A stretch of DNA of 32,707 nt from Alphaproteobacteria bacterium (GCA_030743445.1 JASLSL010000111.1:1-32707); one strand, 5' to 3'. Positions 1-10,070 are shown, numbered from the stretch's first letter. The notes: a model not told the origin generated them from the sequence alone. A program made the numbers and translations.

Positions 1-582
1 CTCCAGCAATTGGGCCTCGTCACCCGCCGCCAGGGGGTCGGCACCAAGGTCGTGGCGGTGTCGCCGGCGCAGCACTACACCCACGCGTGGAATTCGATCG
101 AGGAACTGTTGCAATACGCGGTCGAGACCCGGCTCGAGGACATCGAGATGACCGACGTGGTCGCCGATACCGCACTCGCCGAGCGGCTCGGCGTGCCGGT
201 GGGTCAGGAATTCCTTCGCATCCGCGGGGTGCGGGTCGAAGTCGCCGACCCCGAGGCGCCGCCGATCTGCTGGACCGATATCTTCGTCTCCGCCGCCTTC
301 GCCGGCATCCGGGGCGACATCGGCCGGCACCGCGGCCTGATCGCTGACCTGATCGAGCGGCGCTATGGCGAGAAGGTCGCCGAGATCGGGCAGGAGATCG
401 ACGCCGCGCGAATCCCGAAGGCGCTCGCCGAAAAGCTCAAGGTGCCGGCCGGCAGCCCGGGGCTCGAGATCCAGCGCCGCTACATCGGCGACGACGGCAA
501 GCCGTTCGAGATCTCGCTCTCGACCCACCCGGCGGGGCGCTTCACCTATTCGATGCGCCTCAGGCGAAACGGAGGCGTGTGA
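1..582 (+). CDS. GntR-family (HutC/UTRA) transcriptional regulator, 5' end outside window
   Basis: Frame is open from base 1. LQQLGLVTRRQGVGTKV is the typical end of a GntR winged HTH, followed by a UTRA-like domain (ERLGVPVG..., EIQRRY...GKPFEISLSTHPAGRFTY). TGA at 580-582. Confidence 0.88.
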   Translation, partial: LQQLGLVTRRQGVGTKVVAVSPAQHYTHAWNSIEELLQYAVETRLEDIEMTDVVADTALAERLGVPVGQEFLRIRGVRVEVADPEAPPICWTDIFVSAAFAGIRGDIGRHRGLIADLIERRYGEKVAEIGQEIDAARIPKALAEKLKVPAGSPGLEIQRRYIGDDGKPFEISLSTHPAGRFTYSMRLRRNGGV

Positions 583-965
583 TGTCCTTGGACCGCGACC
601 AGGCGATGGAGGTGCTGAAGGCCTTCGGCAAGGCGTTCAACAAGGGCGATGTGGACGCCATCCTGGAATGCGTCACCGACGACTTCGAATGGCGGCTGAA
701 CGAGGGGCCCGAGGCGCCCGATGGTAGGGTTGTCCGTGGCAGGGAAGAGGTGCGCCGGACGCTGGCCGAGCGCGCCGCGCTCTATAACGACGTGCGGTTC
801 TCCGAGACGGAAGTATTCTTCGCCGACGACCAGGTAATCGGCCGGTTTCGCGCCACCGGCTCTCATGCCGACGGCCGCCCGTTGGACGTTCGCGGGGTCG
901 ACATCTACTCGTTCCGCGACGGCAAGATCGCGGTCAAGGACAGCTACTGGAAGGACATCGGGTAG
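582..965 (+). CDS. SnoaL-like / NTF2-family protein
   Basis: AFNKGDVDAILECVTDD, GREEVR and GVDIYSFRDGKI are NTF2/SnoaL hallmarks. ATG overlaps the upstream stop (TGATG) after a GGAGG SD; alternative GTG start at 579. Confidence 0.85.
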   Translation: MSLDRDQAMEVLKAFGKAFNKGDVDAILECVTDDFEWRLNEGPEAPDGRVVRGREEVRRTLAERAALYNDVRFSETEVFFADDQVIGRFRATGSHADGRPLDVRGVDIYSFRDGKIAVKDSYWKDIG

Positions 966-985
966 GCACGGCGGTGCCTCTTCGT
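964..985 (+). terminator. Possible weak intrinsic terminator
   Basis: AGGCAC-GGCG-GTGCCT hairpin (964-979) at the stop codon, followed by CTTCGT; the U-tract is poor. Confidence 0.3.
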
Positions 986-1022
986 CCTCGCCGCTTGTGT
1001 AATCCGCCGGCATGATCGGCGA

Positions 1023-1050
1023 TTGACCACAATTCCAGCATGGTTACTAT
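1023..1050 (+). promoter_or_regulatory. Putative sigma70-type promoter for the EthD-like gene
   Basis: TTGACC (1023-1028)-N16-TACTAT (1045-1050), 50 bp upstream of the ATG at 1100. Confidence 0.55.
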
Positions 1051-1099
1051 GGCAATCGCCGCACAGCGTCCTGCAACGATGACCAACCGGGGAGGGGCC

Positions 1100-1435
1100 A
1101 TGTACGTGCGATGCGCCTATCTCGTCGGCGATGTCGAAAACGGCAAGGAGGCCGAATTCGACGCGTGGATCGATCGCGAGGTCGGCCCCGCCATCGCGGC
1201 CCTGCCCAAGGTGCGCGAGGTCCGCATCCTGAAGGCCCGCGAACGCGACGACAACGCGCCGGGCGTCTACATGACCCTCGAACACCTCTACGACAGCGCC
1301 GAGGATCTGAAGACGGCACTCGCCACACCGGCGCGCGATGTGGTGCTCGAAAAGCTGAAGGCGATCTTGCCGCTGTTCGACGGCGAGTTACTGCACGTCA
1401 ATTACGACGTCGACCGGCGGCCGGTGGCGAATTAG
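1100..1435 (+). CDS. EthD-like / dimeric alpha+beta barrel small protein
   Basis: GGAGGGG SD then ATG at 1100. The pattern EFDAWIDREVGPAIAALPKVREVRI...YDSAEDLKTALATPAR is typical of EthD-family proteins; 111 aa. Confidence 0.7.
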   Translation: MYVRCAYLVGDVENGKEAEFDAWIDREVGPAIAALPKVREVRILKARERDDNAPGVYMTLEHLYDSAEDLKTALATPARDVVLEKLKAILPLFDGELLHVNYDVDRRPVAN

Positions 1436-1441
1436 GACGCT

Positions 1442-2920
1442 TTACGGCTGGTTGGCGCGGGCGTGGCGCATGGCGGCGTCGATCCCGGCTTGGCGGCCGA
1501 ACACGGCGCCGCGCATTACCGAGGTCGAGCCGGTATAGGTCCGGTAGTAGATGCCCATCACCTCGCCCGCGGCGTAGAGCCCGGGGATCACCTCGCCGTC
1601 CATGTTCAGCACCTGCGCCCGCGCGTTCACCTTGACCCCGCCGAAGGTGAAGCAATTGGCGGCGATGATCGGCCAGGCGAGGAAGGGCGGCTTGTCGAGC
1701 GGCCGCGCCCAGTTGCTCTTGTTCGGCTCCAGGCCGGCGGTCGCGAGGCCGTCGAGCTTCATCGCATCGAACCCGGCTTCGCCCGCGCAGGCGGCATTGA
1801 AGGCCTCCACGGTCTCGGCGAGCTCATGGGGATCGAGCTCCAACGCCTCGGCCAACGCTTCGATGCTATGGGCCTCGACCGGCGGCTGGTCGCTGCGCAC
1901 CGCCTTCCGCCAGTTCGGCACGTCTTCCATGCGGCCGTCGTGGATCGCATAGGCGATGCCTTCCGGCTGGTGCATGATCTCGCGGGTGACCGCCTCATAG
2001 GTCGCGTCGACCATGCCCGGCGCCTCGTCGATGAACCGCCGGGCCCGCTTGTTGACCAGCAGGCCGTAGGAATAGCTCAGCACCACCGGCTCCGCCTGGC
2101 CCGAGCGCGGATCGACCGGCTGGGCGTGGAAGCTGCCGAAGTCGCCGGCCGGTGCGGCGCCGAGGTCGAGTGCGGTGCGGATGCCCTCGCCGCGGTTGTA
2201 GTAGCCGCCGCGGGCGACCGGACGCAGCCACAGCGCATCGGTGCCGAGGTAATGGCTCAGCATCTCCGGGTTGCCCTCGAACCCGCCCGACGCCAGCACC
2301 ACCGCCTTGGCGCGGAACTCGACCGGGCGGTTGTCCTCGACCACGGCGCGGATCCCGGCGATGCGCCCGTCCTCGTCCTGCAATAGCGACGTCATCGTGG
2401 TCTCGTAATGGATCGCGATGTCGTCGGGCACGCTCTCGGCGTGGGCGGCGAGCGCCTCGACCAGCGCCAGCCCGCCGCCGACCGGCGCCATTCGCGTGGT
2501 CGACTGGATGATGAAATAGTTCGGCAGGAAGTCGAATTTGACCCCGAAGCCGGTCAGCCATCTCAGCGTCGGCCCGGCAAGCTCGGCGAATGTGGCGACC
2601 AGTTCCGGGTCGGCGAAGCCGAGGCTCTTGAGCAAGCGCGGCCAGCCCTCGTAGGGCCCGCTCGCATCCTTGATCACTTCCGGGTCGAGATGCCCGCCGG
2701 CGTTCTCGGCGAAGCGCTCGGTGAAATCGTCCGAGACCTCGTTCTCGCTTTTCATCCGCCAGTAGGATTCGGTGTAGCGGGTGTTGCCGCCGCGCTCCTC
2801 CCTCGGCGCGCGCTCGAGCACGCGCACCTTGGCGCCATGCTCTTGCGCCGAGACCGCCGCCGCGAGCCCCGATATGCCGCAGCCGACGACCACCACGTCG
2901 GTCTCGAATGTTTCCACCAT
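1442..2920 (-). CDS. FAD-dependent oxidoreductase, tricarballylate dehydrogenase TcuA/CobZ-like (FAD_binding_2)
   Basis: DVVVVGCGISG FAD motif, ERAPREERGGNTRYT, VVLASGGFEGN, FTFGGVKVN, IPGLYAAGE and GAVFGR; 492 aa; GGAGG SD. Confidence 0.82.
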   Translation of the reverse strand: MVETFETDVVVVGCGISGLAAAVSAQEHGAKVRVLERAPREERGGNTRYTESYWRMKSENEVSDDFTERFAENAGGHLDPEVIKDASGPYEGWPRLLKSLGFADPELVATFAELAGPTLRWLTGFGVKFDFLPNYFIIQSTTRMAPVGGGLALVEALAAHAESVPDDIAIHYETTMTSLLQDEDGRIAGIRAVVEDNRPVEFRAKAVVLASGGFEGNPEMLSHYLGTDALWLRPVARGGYYNRGEGIRTALDLGAAPAGDFGSFHAQPVDPRSGQAEPVVLSYSYGLLVNKRARRFIDEAPGMVDATYEAVTREIMHQPEGIAYAIHDGRMEDVPNWRKAVRSDQPPVEAHSIEALAEALELDPHELAETVEAFNAACAGEAGFDAMKLDGLATAGLEPNKSNWARPLDKPPFLAWPIIAANCFTFGGVKVNARAQVLNMDGEVIPGLYAAGEVMGIYYRTYTGSTSVMRGAVFGRQAGIDAAMRHARANQP

Positions 2921-2995
2921 GCCTTGCCTCCGTTTGCGACGAGCTTAGCAGATGCGGGATCGTGTTGGGTCCGGTAAGCGGCTAATCGGGCCAGG

Positions 2996-4369
2996 TTACG
3001 GCGTCAGCAACGCCGCGATCTCGCGGCAGTCGGCGATCTCCTCCAACCGGTCGATCGCTTCGATCAACGCCTCGCCGTTGGCTTCCGGCAGCGGGTTGAC
3101 GCCGGCCTGCCAGTTCGAGCGGAACTTGGCGAGGTGCTGCTCGCGGGTCAGAGGTTTATCGGGATGGCCGATGACGGTCCCGACGTCGAGCGTGTGCTCG
3201 CCCCCGTCCTCGAGCCGCACCGTGATTCGCTGCGGGACGAGGGCGTTGGGGTCGGGGTTGTCGGTCACGACCACCTCGATGCGCCGCGCGAGCGCCGCGA
3301 CGCCCGGGTCGCCGAGACGGTCGGCGCGGAAGTCCGCGACCTCGACCGCGTCGCGCAACAGCGCCACCGCACCGACATAGGGGATACAGAGCCGTGCATA
3401 GTTCGGCCCTGGATCGTCGATCATCGGCCGGCCAGTGAGCTCGAGGACCAGCGGCGTCACCTCGGCGAGCACATGCGCCACGTCTTCCGGTCCGAAGCCG
3501 TGTTGGCGGCGCAGGGTCAACAGCGCATGGATCGCCCCGTGGCTCGCGCGGCCGGAGGGAAAGGGTTTGTGCGAGATCTTGGCGATCCGCCAGGTCTTGC
3601 CCAGCGCCGGTAGCACGCGGTTGAGATCGTGCCCGCCCTCGAACAGCGCGTAGTAGCCGAACTCCCCTTCGAGCACGTCGTGCGGCCCTGTGACGCCGCG
3701 CGCCGCGAGGTCGCGGGCCATCACCGCCGCCCTGGTGCAGAAGCCGAGCTGCAGGCCGAGGGCAGCCGAGCCCTCGCGGTGCGCCTGCATGGTGCCGGAA
3801 ATCTGGCCGAGCAGCAGGCCGAAGGCGTTGGTCATCGTATCGGCGTCGAGGCCGGAGAGTTTGCCGACGGCCGCGAGCGCGCCGAAGGCGCCGGCCGTCG
3901 CAGGGCGGAAGAAGCTCAAGCCGGTCGTGGCGCCGAGCCCGATGCCGCACGACACGTCGCAGCCGAGCACGACTGCTTCCAGCAGCGCGCGGCCCGACAC
4001 GCCGCCCTGGCGCTCCGCATCGCTCATGGATGCGGCGAGGATCGAGGCCATGGCGTGCACCACCGCGCCCTCGTGGATCGCATCGAACTCGCTGTTGTGG
4101 GTCTGATAGGCGTTGACCATGGCCGCACTCGGCGCCGGCAGCCGCGCGCCGCGGCCCCAGACCGACGCTGCGTCGCCGGCACCCCAGTCGCCCGCCGCTT
4201 CGATCAGCTCGGCGACGTGGGGCCCGGTTGTGCCGGCGATGGCGACACCGAAGCTGTCGAGGATGAAGGTCTTGGCCTTGTCGATCGCCGCCGCCGGGAA
4301 GTCGTCGAAGCCGGTCGTCGCCACGTGGCGGGCAAAGGCATCGATCGCATCCGTTCCGTCGTCACCCAT
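2996..4369 (-). CDS. MmgE/PrpD family protein (copy 1)
   Basis: AKTFILDSFGVAIAG, AAMVNAYQTHNSEFDAIH...H, KPFPSGRASH, and C-terminal GHPDKPLTREQHLAKF; 457 aa. Confidence 0.88.
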   Translation of the reverse strand: MGDDGTDAIDAFARHVATTGFDDFPAAAIDKAKTFILDSFGVAIAGTTGPHVAELIEAAGDWGAGDAASVWGRGARLPAPSAAMVNAYQTHNSEFDAIHEGAVVHAMASILAASMSDAERQGGVSGRALLEAVVLGCDVSCGIGLGATTGLSFFRPATAGAFGALAAVGKLSGLDADTMTNAFGLLLGQISGTMQAHREGSAALGLQLGFCTRAAVMARDLAARGVTGPHDVLEGEFGYYALFEGGHDLNRVLPALGKTWRIAKISHKPFPSGRASHGAIHALLTLRRQHGFGPEDVAHVLAEVTPLVLELTGRPMIDDPGPNYARLCIPYVGAVALLRDAVEVADFRADRLGDPGVAALARRIEVVVTDNPDPNALVPQRITVRLEDGGEHTLDVGTVIGHPDKPLTREQHLAKFRSNWQAGVNPLPEANGEALIEAIDRLEEIADCREIAALLTP

Positions 4370-4388
4370 GGGGATCGCGCCCCGGCGC

Positions 4389-5492
4389 CTAGTCCGCCGC
4401 CGCGGCCTGGTCCTTGCCGAAGCTCGGGTCGAAGCGGGGGGCGACGTCGCGGGCGAAGCGCTCGTACATCTCGCGCCGGACCTCCACGGGCGTGCCCGGC
4501 AGCGCCGTCGCCAGGATGAAGTAGTTGAACCCGAGCTCGTAGAGCACCTCGACCCGTTTGGCGACGGTGTCGGGGCTGCCGACGAAGTTGAGGTCCATCA
4601 GCGGCCCGAGATTGTCCGGGTCGGTCATCGCCTTCAAGTTGGCGAACATCTTCGAGAACGCCTGGTATTCCGGAATCTCCTTCCACGGGTCGGCGTCGAC
4701 CTCGTAGTGCTGGGCCTGCAGGGCGAAGTTGCGCGGCAGGTATTTGCGGCCGAGCTCGCGGGCCTCCTCATCCGTGTCGGCGATGAAGCACTTGACCTGG
4801 ATCGGGAAGGTGCCGTCGACGGGCTGGCCGCGCTCGGTGCGCACCTCGCGCCAAGCGGCGAGCACCTTCTCCAACAGGTGGTCCGGGAACTGGGCGAGGC
4901 AGAGCGGCGGCAGGCCGAGCTCGCCCATGATCTTGCCGCTCGCCGGGCTGCCGATGGCGCCGTAGAACCGGACCTCTTTCTCGATCGGGGTCGGGCGCAG
5001 CCGGATTTCGCGCTCGAGCTTGAGATACTCGCCCGTGTAGGTGAAGGGCTCGCCCTTGAGGGCGAGATCGACGATCTCCCAGGTTTCCTTGAAGCGCGCG
5101 CGGGCCTCGTTCATGTCGACGTTGTAGGCGTCGTATTCCGACTTCGCGGTGCCGCGGCCGAGGCCGAGGTGCAGCGTGCCCTCGGTCAGCGAGTTGACCA
5201 TCGAGATTTCCTCGGCAAAGCGCAGCGGGTGGTACCACGGCAGCACCAGCACCGCGACGCCGAGGCCGAGCGTCGGGCAGTGCGCCGCGATATGCGACAT
5301 CATCACCAGCGGGCTCGGGGTCGGGTAGTAATCCGAGAAATGGTGCTCCAGGAACCACGCCGCCTCGTAGCCGAGCTCGTGGCCGAAGACGCACTCCTCG
5401 ATGACTTCGCGGTAGAGCTCGCGGTCCGGTTTCGGCTCCCAGGTCGAGGGGGCCGAATGGAAGGCGAAGGTGACGTTGCCCTTGGCGCTCAT
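4389..5492 (-). CDS. LLM-class (luciferase-like) flavin-dependent oxidoreductase (copy 1)
   Basis: WFLEHHF, HPLRFAEE, LGLGRG and VGSPDTVA motifs. Start placed at MSAKGNV after an AGGAG SD; the longer ORF-track start overlaps the SDR gene. Confidence 0.88.
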   Translation of the reverse strand: MSAKGNVTFAFHSAPSTWEPKPDRELYREVIEECVFGHELGYEAAWFLEHHFSDYYPTPSPLVMMSHIAAHCPTLGLGVAVLVLPWYHPLRFAEEISMVNSLTEGTLHLGLGRGTAKSEYDAYNVDMNEARARFKETWEIVDLALKGEPFTYTGEYLKLEREIRLRPTPIEKEVRFYGAIGSPASGKIMGELGLPPLCLAQFPDHLLEKVLAAWREVRTERGQPVDGTFPIQVKCFIADTDEEARELGRKYLPRNFALQAQHYEVDADPWKEIPEYQAFSKMFANLKAMTDPDNLGPLMDLNFVGSPDTVAKRVEVLYELGFNYFILATALPGTPVEVRREMYERFARDVAPRFDPSFGKDQAAAAD

Positions 5493-5530
5493 GGCCGGTC
5501 TCCTTTTGGTCTCCCGCTTTTGGCTCCGGA

Positions 5531-6301
5531 TTATATCCCATTGCCGTATTTTTGCTTCAAGCGCTGCATGCCGCCGATCCAGCGGTCGTAATCCGCGGTC
5601 TTGCCCTGGATGTAGTCGAGCACCTCGCCGTGCGGCGTAATCAGGAAAGATTCCTCGCCCATCGCCCGGATCACGTGCTCGGCCAGGTCTTCCGCCTCCA
5701 TCATGCCGTCGAGCGACGCTACACCTTGCTCGCGGCCATCGGTCATCGCGGTGCGTACCGCCTGGGGGCACAGCACCGAGACCTTGACGCCTTGGCCGCC
5801 GTAATTGATCGCGAGCCACTCGGCGAAACCGACCGCGGCGTGCTTGGTGACCGAATAGGTCGCCGAGTTGACGTGCGACAGCAGCCCCGCGGCGGATGCG
5901 GTGTTCACGAGATACCCGCCGCCGCGTTCGGCCATCTTGGGCGCCAGATGCCGGGCCGCATAGATATGGGCCATGACGTGGATCTGCCAGTTGGTCTGCC
6001 ACTCCGCGTCGGGCGCGTCCTCGCCGCCGATATTGCAGACACCGGCATTGGAGCAGAACACGTCGATCGGCCCGAGCTCGGCTTCCGTCCGGTCGATCAG
6101 ATTTTGGATGTCGACCTCCTTGGTCACGTCGCACGGGATGGCGAGGCCCCCGACCTCGGCCGCGACTTCGGCCAAGGCCTCCTCGGAAATATCCGCGAGG
6201 GCGAGGGCCTTGGCGCCCTCGCCATGAAACCGCCGCGCCAGCGCCCGGCCGATGCCGCTCGCCGCCCCGGTGATCGCCGCGATCTTGCCGTCGAGCTTCA
6301 T
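5531..6301 (-). CDS. Short-chain dehydrogenase/reductase
   Basis: TGAASGIG, SNAG, NTASAAG and catalytic YSVTK. ATG overlaps the hyuA stop (ATGA). Confidence 0.9.
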   Translation of the reverse strand: MKLDGKIAAITGAASGIGRALARRFHGEGAKALALADISEEALAEVAAEVGGLAIPCDVTKEVDIQNLIDRTEAELGPIDVFCSNAGVCNIGGEDAPDAEWQTNWQIHVMAHIYAARHLAPKMAERGGGYLVNTASAAGLLSHVNSATYSVTKHAAVGFAEWLAINYGGQGVKVSVLCPQAVRTAMTDGREQGVASLDGMMEAEDLAEHVIRAMGEESFLITPHGEVLDYIQGKTADYDRWIGGMQRLKQKYGNGI

Positions 6302-8361
6302 GTCCCGTTCTCCATCTCCAGTCCCGGCACTTCGATGTCGAGCCAACCGAGCGGCGTCGCCACCGCCCGATCGCCGGGCCGCAGCAATACCGTGGTGGTT
6401 TCCGACTCTACCACCGCCGGCCCCTGGATGGCTTGTCCCGGGGCGAGGGCGGCGAGGTCGAACACCTCGACCACCTGCCAGTCGCCGATATGAACCGGGC
6501 GCTGGCCCTTTGGTTCCGCCGCCGGGCGGTCCGGCAACTCAGCTTCCCGTGGTGTCGCCGGCAGCTCGCCGGTGACCGCGACCCTGGCGTTGACCAGCAC
6601 CACCTCCTGGTCTTCGAGCGCATAGGTAAAGAGCGCCTCGTGGCGGCGGTGAAAGCAGCTTGCGACTTGATTCAACAGGTCCGGCGCCGTCCAATCGACC
6701 TCATCCAGCGGCACGTCGATCTCGAAGACCTGCTCGCCGTAGCGCATGTCGGCGGCGCGCCGCGCCAAGACAGTGCCTTCGAACCATTCGGCGAGCCGGG
6801 CGCGGCCCTCGTTCTCGATCTCCTGGAACAGCGACGATAGTCCCTCGGCCTCCAGCGTCGCCGCGTCGCCGACGTGGGTGCGCACGCCCTCGACGCGCAA
6901 GTCCGAGGCCAGCATGCCCCAGGCCGAAAGCACCGAGGCGACGTTGGGGACCACGACCCGCGATATCTCCAGGTGCCGGGCCAGTTCGGTGACGTGCAGC
7001 CCCGCCGCCCCGCCGAAGGCGAGCAGCGCGAAGCCGCGCGGGTCGACCCCGCGGCGCACGGAGACGAGGCGAATGCCCTCCGCCATCCTGGTGTTGACCA
7101 CCCGGTGGATGCCGGCCGCCGCCTGGATCGTCTCGACCCCCAGCGCCTCGGCGATTTGCGATACCGCCGTGGCCGCCGCGGCGCGGTCGAGGTACTGGCG
7201 GCCGCCGAGGAAGTTCTCCGGGTCGAGATAGCCGAGCAGAAGGTTGGCGTCGGTTACCGTCGGTCGCGCGCCGCCCTGGCCGTAGCACGCCGGGCCCGGA
7301 TCGGCGCCGGCGCTTTCGGGCCCGACATGCAGCACGCCGCCCGGGTCGACATGCGCCACCGAACCGCCGCCCGCGCCCAGCGAGACGATGTCGAGGCTCG
7401 GCAGCGCGATCCGTTGGCCCGCGACCCCGCGTTCCGCCGAGAGCGCCGGCTCTCCGCCGGCGATCATCGAGATGTCGGTACTGGTCCCGCCCATGTCGAA
7501 CGGGATCAGGTCGCCGGCGCCGAGGATCTCGGCGCAATGCAGTCCGCCGCCGACGCCGCCCGCCGGACCCGACAGCACGGTGCCGACGGCGAGCCGCACC
7601 GCCTCATCCACCGGGGTCACGCCGCCATGGCTCTGGATGATCAGCAGCGGCCCCGCGTAGCCGGCGTCGGTCAGGCGTTCGGCGAGCCGGGTCAGGTAAC
7701 CCTCGACCACCGGTCCGACGTAGGCGTTGACCACCGTGGTCGAGACCCGCTCGTACTCCTTGATCTGCGGCAGTACGTCGGAGGAGAGCGTGACGTAGGC
7801 GTCGGACAGGGCCTTCCGGACCGCCTCCGCCGCCGCCCGTTCGTGCCCGGGGTCGCGATAGGCGTGGAGGAAACAGATCGCCACCGCCTCGACGTTCTCT
7901 TGTCTCAGGGTCTCGACCGCGGCTTGGAGCGATTTACCGTCGATCGGTACTCGCACCGTGCCGTCGGAGTTCAGCCGCTCGGCGACGCCGAGGCGCAGAT
8001 CGCGTGGCGCCAGCGGTTCGGGTGGCGGAAGGCGCAGATTGTAGCGCTCGTCCTTCAGACCTTCGCGCATCTCCAACACGTCGCGATGGCCCTCGGTGGT
8101 GATCAGGCCAACCTTGGCGCCCTTGCGCTCCAAGAGCGCGTTGGTCGCGACCGTGGTGCCGTGGACGATGCGCTCGGTCTCGGTCACCAGTTCGCCGAGG
8201 CCGATGCCGAGTTCCGCGGCGAGCCGGGTCAGCCCGTCGATCACGCCCGCCGATTGGTCCGCCGGCGTGGTCGGCGCCTTGGCGAGGGTCGAGCGGCCTT
8301 CGCCGTCGATCGCGACCACGTCGGTGAAGGTGCCGCCCACGTCGATGCCAATCACGTACAA
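6298..8361 (-). CDS. hyuA: Hydantoinase A / 5-oxoprolinase ATP-binding subunit
   Basis: GIDVGGTFTD, HGTTVATNALLE, SGPAGG, DMGGTSTD, GPESAGADPGPACY and FGGAAGLH; TTG start; 687 aa. Confidence 0.92.
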   Translation of the reverse strand: MYVIGIDVGGTFTDVVAIDGEGRSTLAKAPTTPADQSAGVIDGLTRLAAELGIGLGELVTETERIVHGTTVATNALLERKGAKVGLITTEGHRDVLEMREGLKDERYNLRLPPPEPLAPRDLRLGVAERLNSDGTVRVPIDGKSLQAAVETLRQENVEAVAICFLHAYRDPGHERAAAEAVRKALSDAYVTLSSDVLPQIKEYERVSTTVVNAYVGPVVEGYLTRLAERLTDAGYAGPLLIIQSHGGVTPVDEAVRLAVGTVLSGPAGGVGGGLHCAEILGAGDLIPFDMGGTSTDISMIAGGEPALSAERGVAGQRIALPSLDIVSLGAGGGSVAHVDPGGVLHVGPESAGADPGPACYGQGGARPTVTDANLLLGYLDPENFLGGRQYLDRAAAATAVSQIAEALGVETIQAAAGIHRVVNTRMAEGIRLVSVRRGVDPRGFALLAFGGAAGLHVTELARHLEISRVVVPNVASVLSAWGMLASDLRVEGVRTHVGDAATLEAEGLSSLFQEIENEGRARLAEWFEGTVLARRAADMRYGEQVFEIDVPLDEVDWTAPDLLNQVASCFHRRHEALFTYALEDQEVVLVNARVAVTGELPATPREAELPDRPAAEPKGQRPVHIGDWQVVEVFDLAALAPGQAIQGPAVVESETTTVLLRPGDRAVATPLGWLDIEVPGLEMENGT

Positions 8362-8371
8362 GGGCGGCGCC

Positions 8372-10033
8372 TCAGCTCGTCATCCCGAGGCAGCGGTCGC
8401 GTTCGCGATCTTGCTTCGAGCGCTGCCCCGGGTCGCCCCAGCCGCCACCGCCGCCGGACTCGACATGGAACTCGCCGCCCGGGTGGACGGCGATGCCTTC
8501 CTCCTTGGTCTTGAGCACCCGGTCGGGCATCCCGTCGGATTTCAACACGTAGTGATGGGTCGCACCGTCCTTGCCGCCGAGGATACCGCACGCACCGTGT
8601 TTGGCGCCCTCGCCCGCGGTATTGGCGAGCGAACCGGTCTCGGTCTCGAGCACGAGTTCGAGGCTGCCCCCGGTTCCGCCCCGGTACTGTCCCTCGCCGC
8701 CTGAGTCCGGCCGGAACTCGTGGCGCCGGAAATAGAGCGGGAAGCGCACCTCGGCGACCTCGACGCTGCCGAACTTGATGCCGCCGGCGGAATGCCATTC
8801 GCCTGCCGAATTCCAGCCGTCGCCGCCCGACGACGCACCGGCCCCGGGTCTTGCGTGGAACATGTGCCAGATGAACGGTTTGCCGGTCCGCGGGTCCTCG
8901 CCCTTGATCGCGATGCGGAAGCGCCGTCCCCAGCCGGCCATGGCGCGCTCTGGACAGGCCCCCGCCAGCGCCTTGACCACCGCCTCGATGATCTCCTGGC
9001 CGCAATGGCTGGTGCACAGCGTCACCGGCGCCCCCGGATTGGCCCACACCACGGTGCCGGGCTTGGCCTTGACCGTGAGCGGCCGGAACGCGCCGTCATT
9101 CTTCGGCGTCTCCGGGTCGAGCAGGAAAGCGAGGGCCATGGTTACCGCCGACTGCATGTTGGCGTGCGAGGAATTGATGAAGCCCTTGACCTGCGGGTCG
9201 GAGCCGGTGAGGTCGACCTCGAGATCGCTGCCCCGCTTGGTGACCCTGGCGCGGATCGCAATATCCTCGGCGCCATGGCCGTCGTCGTCGAGCAGCGCCT
9301 CGCCTTCGTAGACCCCGTCCTTCCAACCGGATATCACCGCGCGGGCCTGTCGCTCGGAGGCATCGAGGATCGCGCCGACCGCCGCCTCGACCGTCTCTGC
9401 GCCGAACTCGGCCATCAGTGCGCCGAGCCGGCGCTCGCCGATATGGACCGATCCGATCATCGCCGCCAGGTCGCCGCGAAAGTCGCGGGGGTGGCGCACG
9501 TTGAGCATCATGATCTCCAACAGGTCCTGGCGCATCTCGCCGCGCCGGTAGAACCGGATCGGCGGAATGCGCAACCCCTCCTACCAGATTTCGGTCGCCT
9601 TGGCGTTGTAGGCGCCGTGGGTCGAGCCGCCGATGTCGCTGTGGTGCGCCCGGTTGACCGACCAGAAGGCGACCCGGTCGCCGACGAAGACCGGCACGAA
9701 CGCAGTGACGTCCGGCAGGTGGCTGCCGCCGTGATAGGGATCGTTGAGCAAATAGACGTCGCCCGGCTCGATCCTGCCGTCGAAGGTCTCGACCACCGCG
9801 CGGACCGCCCAGGGCAGGGCGCCGATATGGACCGGGATGTGCTCCGCCTGGGCCACCAGGTGGCCCTCGTCGTCGCACAGTGCCGTCGAGAAATCGCGGC
9901 TCGAGTTCAGAATCTGCGAATAGGAGGTGCGCAGCATCGCCTCGCCCATCTCCTCGACGATGGCGGTCAGGCGGTGCTGGATGACGGAAACGGTGATCGG
10001 ATCGAGTTGGGCGGCCAAAGGGGGAATCCTCAT
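8372..10033 (-). pseudogene. hyuB: Hydantoinase B / oxoprolinase subunit interrupted by one in-frame TAG at 9581-9583 (nonsense mutation, sequencing error or readthrough)
   Basis: The track ORFs 9581-10033 and 8372-9574 are in one frame: ...ATEIW-TAG-EGLRIPP... Both halves carry HyuB motifs (DPIT, RDFS, NDPYHGGSHLPD, HHSDIGG, SGGEGQYRGG, GGGGGWGDP). The true start may be TTG at 10018 after GAGGA. Confidence 0.85.
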
Positions 10034-10070
10034 TTTTGCCCAGCGACCCTATCACGTCGCCGCCCACGAC

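Noticed and set aside
8372-10033. Both hyuB fragments begin MRIPP in the ORF track, suggesting a duplication
   Set aside because: The codons differ (ATG AGG ATT CCC CCT vs TTG CGC ATT CCG CCG), and the first is probably upstream of the real TTG start; a coincidence.
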